Shown here: positions 14,006 through 17,535 of the stretch, piece by piece
Position numbering within the stretch: position 1 is the stretch's first letter
Layout: every line of letters begins with the position of its first letter
Origin: Haloferacaceae archaeon
Lineage (GTDB): Archaea; Halobacteriota; Halobacteria; Halobacteriales; Haloferacaceae
Reading direction: 5' to 3'
Assembly: GCA_042219325.1 (NCBI GenBank)
Contig: JBDGQA010000078.1
Coordinates: forward strand, 1-17,535
Length of the DNA stretch: 17,535 bases
Notes under the pieces: model-generated
The model's input: the letters and a program-made list of their open reading frames with translations, nothing else
What the model was told of the DNA's origin: nothing
Databases searched by the model: none
Translations under genes and position numbers: made by a program

Positions 14006-15760
14006 CTACGGCTCCCGACTGTCCCGGATCACGTCGCCCTCGTAGACGACGCCGCGCTCGCCGTGGACGGTCACGGTCGTGCCGTCGGCCACGTCCGCGG
14101 GCATCGGCGCGCCGCTGATCATCGGGATGTCGAGTTCGCGGGCCACCAGGGCCGGGTACCCGCTCATGCCCGGCCGGGCGTCGACGATGGCGGCCAGCCG
14201 GGAGGTGTCACCGTCGAACTCGCCTTCGAACTCGGTGTCGAGCGCCAGCACCGCCCCGTCGGGGATCGTCGAGAGGTCGCCGTCGTCCGTCCTGGCGAGC
14301 GGTCCGACCGCCCGCCCGCCGACGACCTTCCGGCCGTGGGCGATGGCCTCGGCGGCGACGTGGAGTTTCAGCATGTTCGTCGTGTTCGCGTCCTCCAGTT
14401 CCGTCATCATCCCCGACAGGACGACGATGGTGTCGCCGCTCTCGGCGACGCCGGTGTCGAGTGCGGCCCGGACGGCGCCCTCGAACACCTCCTCGACGCC
14501 GCCGGAGTAGTCGGCATAGCGGGGATGGACGCCCCACGAGAGCGCGAGTTGGCGGCGCACCCGGTCGTCCGGCGTCGTCGCGACGACAGGCACGCCGGGC
14601 CGGAACTTCGCGGTCTTCCGCGCGGTGTAGCCCGACTCCGAGGCGGCGACGATGGCGGCCGCCCCCGTGTCCCTGGCGAGGTAGCGCGCCGACCGGGCCA
14701 GCGCCTCGGTGCGCGCCTCCTCGGCCGCGGGCGGCACGCGCCGCTCGACGGACTCGGTGTACTCCTCGGTCGCCTCGATCTCCCGCACGATCCGGTCCAT
14801 CGTCTCGACGACGCGGACCGGGTGGTCCCCGATCGCCGTCTCCCCCGAGAGCATCACCGCGTCGGTGCCGTCGAGCACCGCGTTCGCCACGTCGGAGGCC
14901 TCCGCCCGGGTCGGGCGCCGGGCGTGGACCATCGAGTCGAGCATCTCGGTCGCGGTGATCACCGGCGTGCCGGCCTCGTGGGAGATGCGGATGAGCCGCT
15001 TCTGGATCATCGGCACGTCCTCCAGCGGGCACTCCACCCCGAGGTCGCCGCGCGCCACCATGATCCCGTAGGACGCCTCGGCGATCTCCGCCAGGTTCTC
15101 CAGGGCGCCGGCGCGCTCGATCTTCGCGATCACCGGCACGTCGCCGCCCAGTTCGTCGAGCGCGTCGCTCACCTCGTAGATGTCGCTCGCGTCCCGGACG
15201 AAGCTCGCGGCCACGAAGTCCACCTCCTTCTCGACGGCGAGTTCGAGGTCCCGCCGGTCGGCCTCGGTCACCACGTCCACGTCGAGGTCCACGCCCGGGA
15301 GGTTCACCCCCTGGTGGCTCGTCAGTTCGCCGCCCGACTCGACCCGTGCGTGGACGACGCCGTCCTCGACCCGTTCGACGGTCGTCTCGATCCAGCCGTC
15401 GTCGAGCAGCACCCGGTCACCGGGTTCGGCATCGTCCACGGGAAAGGAGAGGCCGACCTCCTCGGGCGTGACCCGGTCGCCTTCGAGGAATCGGACGACC
15501 GATCCCTCCTCCAGAATGACCGGCTCGTCGGTCGCCGCGGTCCGGATCTCCGGCCCCTGCATGTCGAGCATCACCGCGAGGGGCTCGCCGGTCGCGTCGT
15601 CGACCGCGCGGGTCCGGTCGATGACCTCGGCGCGTTCCTCCGGCGTGCCGTGACTCGCGTTGAGCCGCGCGACCGACATCCCGGCCTCGGAGAGGGCACG
15701 GATCGTCGGCCGATCCGCCGAGGCCGGCCCCAGGGTGCAGACGATCTTCGCGTTGCGCAT
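14006..15760 (-). CDS. pykA: Pyruvate kinase with a C-terminal PEP-utilising-enzyme mobile domain
   Basis: It has 'MRNAKIVCTLGPAS', 'RLNASHG', 'IAKIERAGALENL' and 'MVARGDLGVE'. About 100 aa of C-terminus follow the PK barrel: 'GRAVGPLART...VHGERGVVYEG'. Confidence 0.93.
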   Translation of the reverse strand: MRNAKIVCTLGPASADRPTIRALSEAGMSVARLNASHGTPEERAEVIDRTRAVDDATGEPLAVMLDMQGPEIRTAATDEPVILEEGSVVRFLEGDRVTPEEVGLSFPVDDAEPGDRVLLDDGWIETTVERVEDGVVHARVESGGELTSHQGVNLPGVDLDVDVVTEADRRDLELAVEKEVDFVAASFVRDASDIYEVSDALDELGGDVPVIAKIERAGALENLAEIAEASYGIMVARGDLGVECPLEDVPMIQKRLIRISHEAGTPVITATEMLDSMVHARRPTRAEASDVANAVLDGTDAVMLSGETAIGDHPVRVVETMDRIVREIEATEEYTESVERRVPPAAEEARTEALARSARYLARDTGAAAIVAASESGYTARKTAKFRPGVPVVATTPDDRVRRQLALSWGVHPRYADYSGGVEEVFEGAVRAALDTGVAESGDTIVVLSGMMTELEDANTTNMLKLHVAAEAIAHGRKVVGGRAVGPLARTDDGDLSTIPDGAVLALDTEFEGEFDGDTSRLAAIVDARPGMSGYPALVARELDIPMISGAPMPADVADGTTVTVHGERGVVYEGDVIRDSREP

Positions 15761-15850
15761 GGGGCCGCTTCGGGGCGCGCCGTCAAGAAACCGCCGAGAC
15801 GCCGGCGAACGAGGGGCGCGTCACGGACGGGGCACGCCCGGCCGTCGGCC

Positions 15851-17535
15851 TCAGCGGACCCGCTCGCCCGGAACGGCGTCGCCGTGCGTGGTGAGCAGGT
15901 CGGCCTCGTTGCCGGCCGCGAGCACCATCCCGTCGCTCTCGACGCCGAACAGCTCCGCCTTCTCCAGGTTCGCGGCGACGATCACCCGGGTCCCTGGGAG
16001 CGCGTCGATGTCGTGGAGCCGCCTGATGCCGGCGACGACCTGCCGCGTCTCGACCCCGATGTCGACGGTGAGTTTCGCCAGGTCGTCGGCCCCCTCGATC
16101 CCCTCGGCCTCGACGATGCGCCCGACGCGCAGGTCGAGGTTCTGGAACTCCTCGACGCTCACGCGCTCGTCCGCAACCGGTTCGAGGTCGACGGCTTCCG
16201 CATCTGGCTCCGCACCGCCGTGTGCGTCGGCCTCAGCCTCGGCCCCGGCTTCGGCCCCGGCACCGTCGCCGGCCTCCGACCCCTCGTCGGTCGCTGTCTC
16301 GACCCGATCCTCGAGTTTCGCGGTCAGTTCCTCGACTCGCTCGTCGGGGACCTGCTCGAACGGCTCGACGGGCTCCGCGAACTCCTCGGCCGGCGGGTCG
16401 AGCGCCGCCTCGACCGTGGCCCCGTGGACCGACGACGGCTCGTTCAGGCGGTCCCAGACCGTCTCGGCGGTGTCGGGCGCGACGGGTTCGAGGAGGAGGA
16501 CGACGGCCTTGGCGACTTGGACGCAGTCGCGGATGACGGCGGCCGCCCGCTCCGGGTCGTCGTCGACCAGATGCCACGGCTCGTTGCGCTGGATGTACTC
16601 GTTGCCAAAGCGAGCGAGGTCGACGGCGGCCTCCCCGACCGCGAGCACCGAGTAGTCGTCGACGCCGGCCCGGAACGCGTCGACTGCCTCCTCGATCCGC
16701 GCCTCGACCTCGGGCGAGACCCCGTCGGCGTCCGGCGTCCCGCCGTAGTTGCGGTGGGCGAAGAGCAGCGACCGGTAGAGGAAGTTGCCGACCGTCCCGA
16801 CGAGTTCGTTGTTCACCCGGTCGGCGAACTTCGACCACGAGAAGTCGACGTCCTGCTGGAAGCCGCCGTTCGTGGCGAGGTAGTACCGGAGCGGGTCGGG
16901 ACGGAAGCCCTCGTCGAGGTACTCGTCGGCCCACACCGCCCGGTTCCGCGAGGTCGAGAACCCCTTGCCCTCCAGCGTGATGAACCCGCTCGCCATCACC
17001 GCGCGGGGCTCGACGTAGCCCGCGCCACGGAGAATCGCCGGCCAGAAGACGGTGTGGTGCTGGATGATGTCCCGGCCGATGACGTGGACGATTTCCCCGC
17101 CCGCCGTCGAGCCGCCGGTGTCGTCCGGCGAGACGCCCTCGTCCGTCCACGCCTCCTCCCAGTCGAACGCGTCGGCCCCGACCCGCTCGCTGTACTGTTT
17201 GGTCGAGGAGATGTACTCGATGGGCGCGTCGACCCAGACGTAGAGCACGAGGTCGTCGCGGTCGTCGCCCGGGTAATCGATCCCCCAGTCCATGTCGCGG
17301 GTGATACACCAGTCCCGCAACTCGCCCTCGATCCACTCCCGGGGCTGGTTGCGGGCGTTGGCGGTCCCCTCCAGGCGGTCGATGAAGGCCCGGAGGTAGT
17401 CCTGCATCTCGGAGACGCGGAAGAACTTGTGGCTGCGCTCGCGGTACTCCGCCGGGTTGCCGCTCAGCGCGCTCGTCGGGTCCTCGACCTCGCCGGGTTC
17501 GAGGTGGCGGCCACAGCCCTCGTCGCACTCGTCGC
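15851..17535 (-). CDS. metS: Methionyl-tRNA synthetase. The C-terminal roughly 560 aa are present; the N-terminus lies beyond the window end
   Basis: The frame is open to the window edge. The zinc knuckle 'DECDEGCGRHLEPGEV' occurs in the continuation upstream of the track's Met at 17407. The anticodon-binding region follows. The C-terminus is a Trbp111/EMAP-like tRNA-binding domain: 'VSVEEFQNLDLRVGRIVEAEGIEGADDLAKLTVDIG...VIVAANLEKAELFGVESDGMVLAAG'. Confidence 0.9.
   Translation of the reverse strand, partial: DECDEGCGRHLEPGEVEDPTSALSGNPAEYRERSHKFFRVSEMQDYLRAFIDRLEGTANARNQPREWIEGELRDWCITRDMDWGIDYPGDDRDDLVLYVWVDAPIEYISSTKQYSERVGADAFDWEEAWTDEGVSPDDTGGSTAGGEIVHVIGRDIIQHHTVFWPAILRGAGYVEPRAVMASGFITLEGKGFSTSRNRAVWADEYLDEGFRPDPLRYYLATNGGFQQDVDFSWSKFADRVNNELVGTVGNFLYRSLLFAHRNYGGTPDADGVSPEVEARIEEAVDAFRAGVDDYSVLAVGEAAVDLARFGNEYIQRNEPWHLVDDDPERAAAVIRDCVQVAKAVVLLLEPVAPDTAETVWDRLNEPSSVHGATVEAALDPPAEEFAEPVEPFEQVPDERVEELTAKLEDRVETATDEGSEAGDGAGAEAGAEAEADAHGGAEPDAEAVDLEPVADERVSVEEFQNLDLRVGRIVEAEGIEGADDLAKLTVDIGVETRQVVAGIRRLHDIDALPGTRVIVAANLEKAELFGVESDGMVLAAGNEADLLTTHGDAVPGERVR

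Noticed and set aside
11757-14118. ORFs 11757..13049(-), 12281..13210(+), 12937..14118(+) and 14208..15032(-)
   Set aside because: They are out-of-frame or antisense overlaps of the SPFH, NfeD and pykA genes, with low-complexity translations.
16233-17528. 431-aa minus-strand ORF in an alternative frame of metS
   Set aside because: It is an Arg/Gly-rich artefact. The frame 15851..17535 carries clear MetRS motifs and the Trbp111-like domain.
1-17535. Search for tRNA, rRNA or mobile-element sequences in all intergenic gaps
   Set aside because: No gap exceeds 190 bp. None contains a T-loop-like GTTCRAATC, a cloverleaf-compatible pairing pattern or rRNA-like sequence. There is no transposase or integrase-like ORF and there are no terminal inverted repeats. 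The window appears to be uninterrupted core genome.

Overview
This is a high-GC (about 68–70%), gene-dense stretch from a haloarchaeon (Halobacteria). The evidence is the acidic predicted proteins, a HalOD1-domain gene, a type-II 3-dehydroquinate synthase, and probable leaderless genes with TATA-like boxes centred about 27–29 nt upstream of their start codons.

On the plus strand, in order:
- the 3' part of an archaeal membrane LonB protease, translationally coupled to a CPBP/Abi intramembrane metalloprotease
- a HalOD1 gene
- a trpC-trpB-trpA operon with overlapping junctions
- a type-II 3-dehydroquinate synthase gene (aroB')

On the minus strand:
- an Ogt/MGMT-like gene in which the nucleophilic Cys of the PCHR motif is replaced by Asp
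- a small membrane protein with a C-terminal zinc ribbon
- a type-I 3-dehydroquinate dehydratase (aroD)
- a GT2 glycosyltransferase fused to a multi-TM flippase-like domain (AglD-like)
- a double winged-HTH regulator whose N-terminus looks like a twin-arginine signal
- an NfeD–SPFH/stomatin operon preceded by a 78-aa acidic tail-anchored ORF
- pyruvate kinase (PykA, with a C-terminal PEP-utilizer domain)
- the 3' portion of methionyl-tRNA synthetase, running off the window

From memory, not from a search, the gene order resembles the Haloferax volcanii lonB–abi … trpCBA … aroB … aglD … pykA–metS neighbourhood. This looks like a core housekeeping region, not an accessory island. I find no tRNA or rRNA genes, no CRISPR array, and no insertion sequence or other mobile element.

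The notable signals are in the non-coding DNA:
- A 28-bp tandem repeat (3.4 copies) upstream of the zinc-ribbon membrane gene carries a GGACGTAACG core. The same core recurs at the equivalent promoter position of aroD.
- A TTAG-containing 16-mer direct repeat sits in the divergent AglD-like/small-wHTH promoter region. Related tandem 11-mers sit upstream of the Tat-HTH regulator.
- A perfect 14-bp palindrome lies upstream of aroB'.
- The intergenic region upstream of NfeD is rich in direct repeats and a hairpin.

The many long minus- and plus-strand ORFs in the six-frame track that overlap these genes are GC-driven artefacts.
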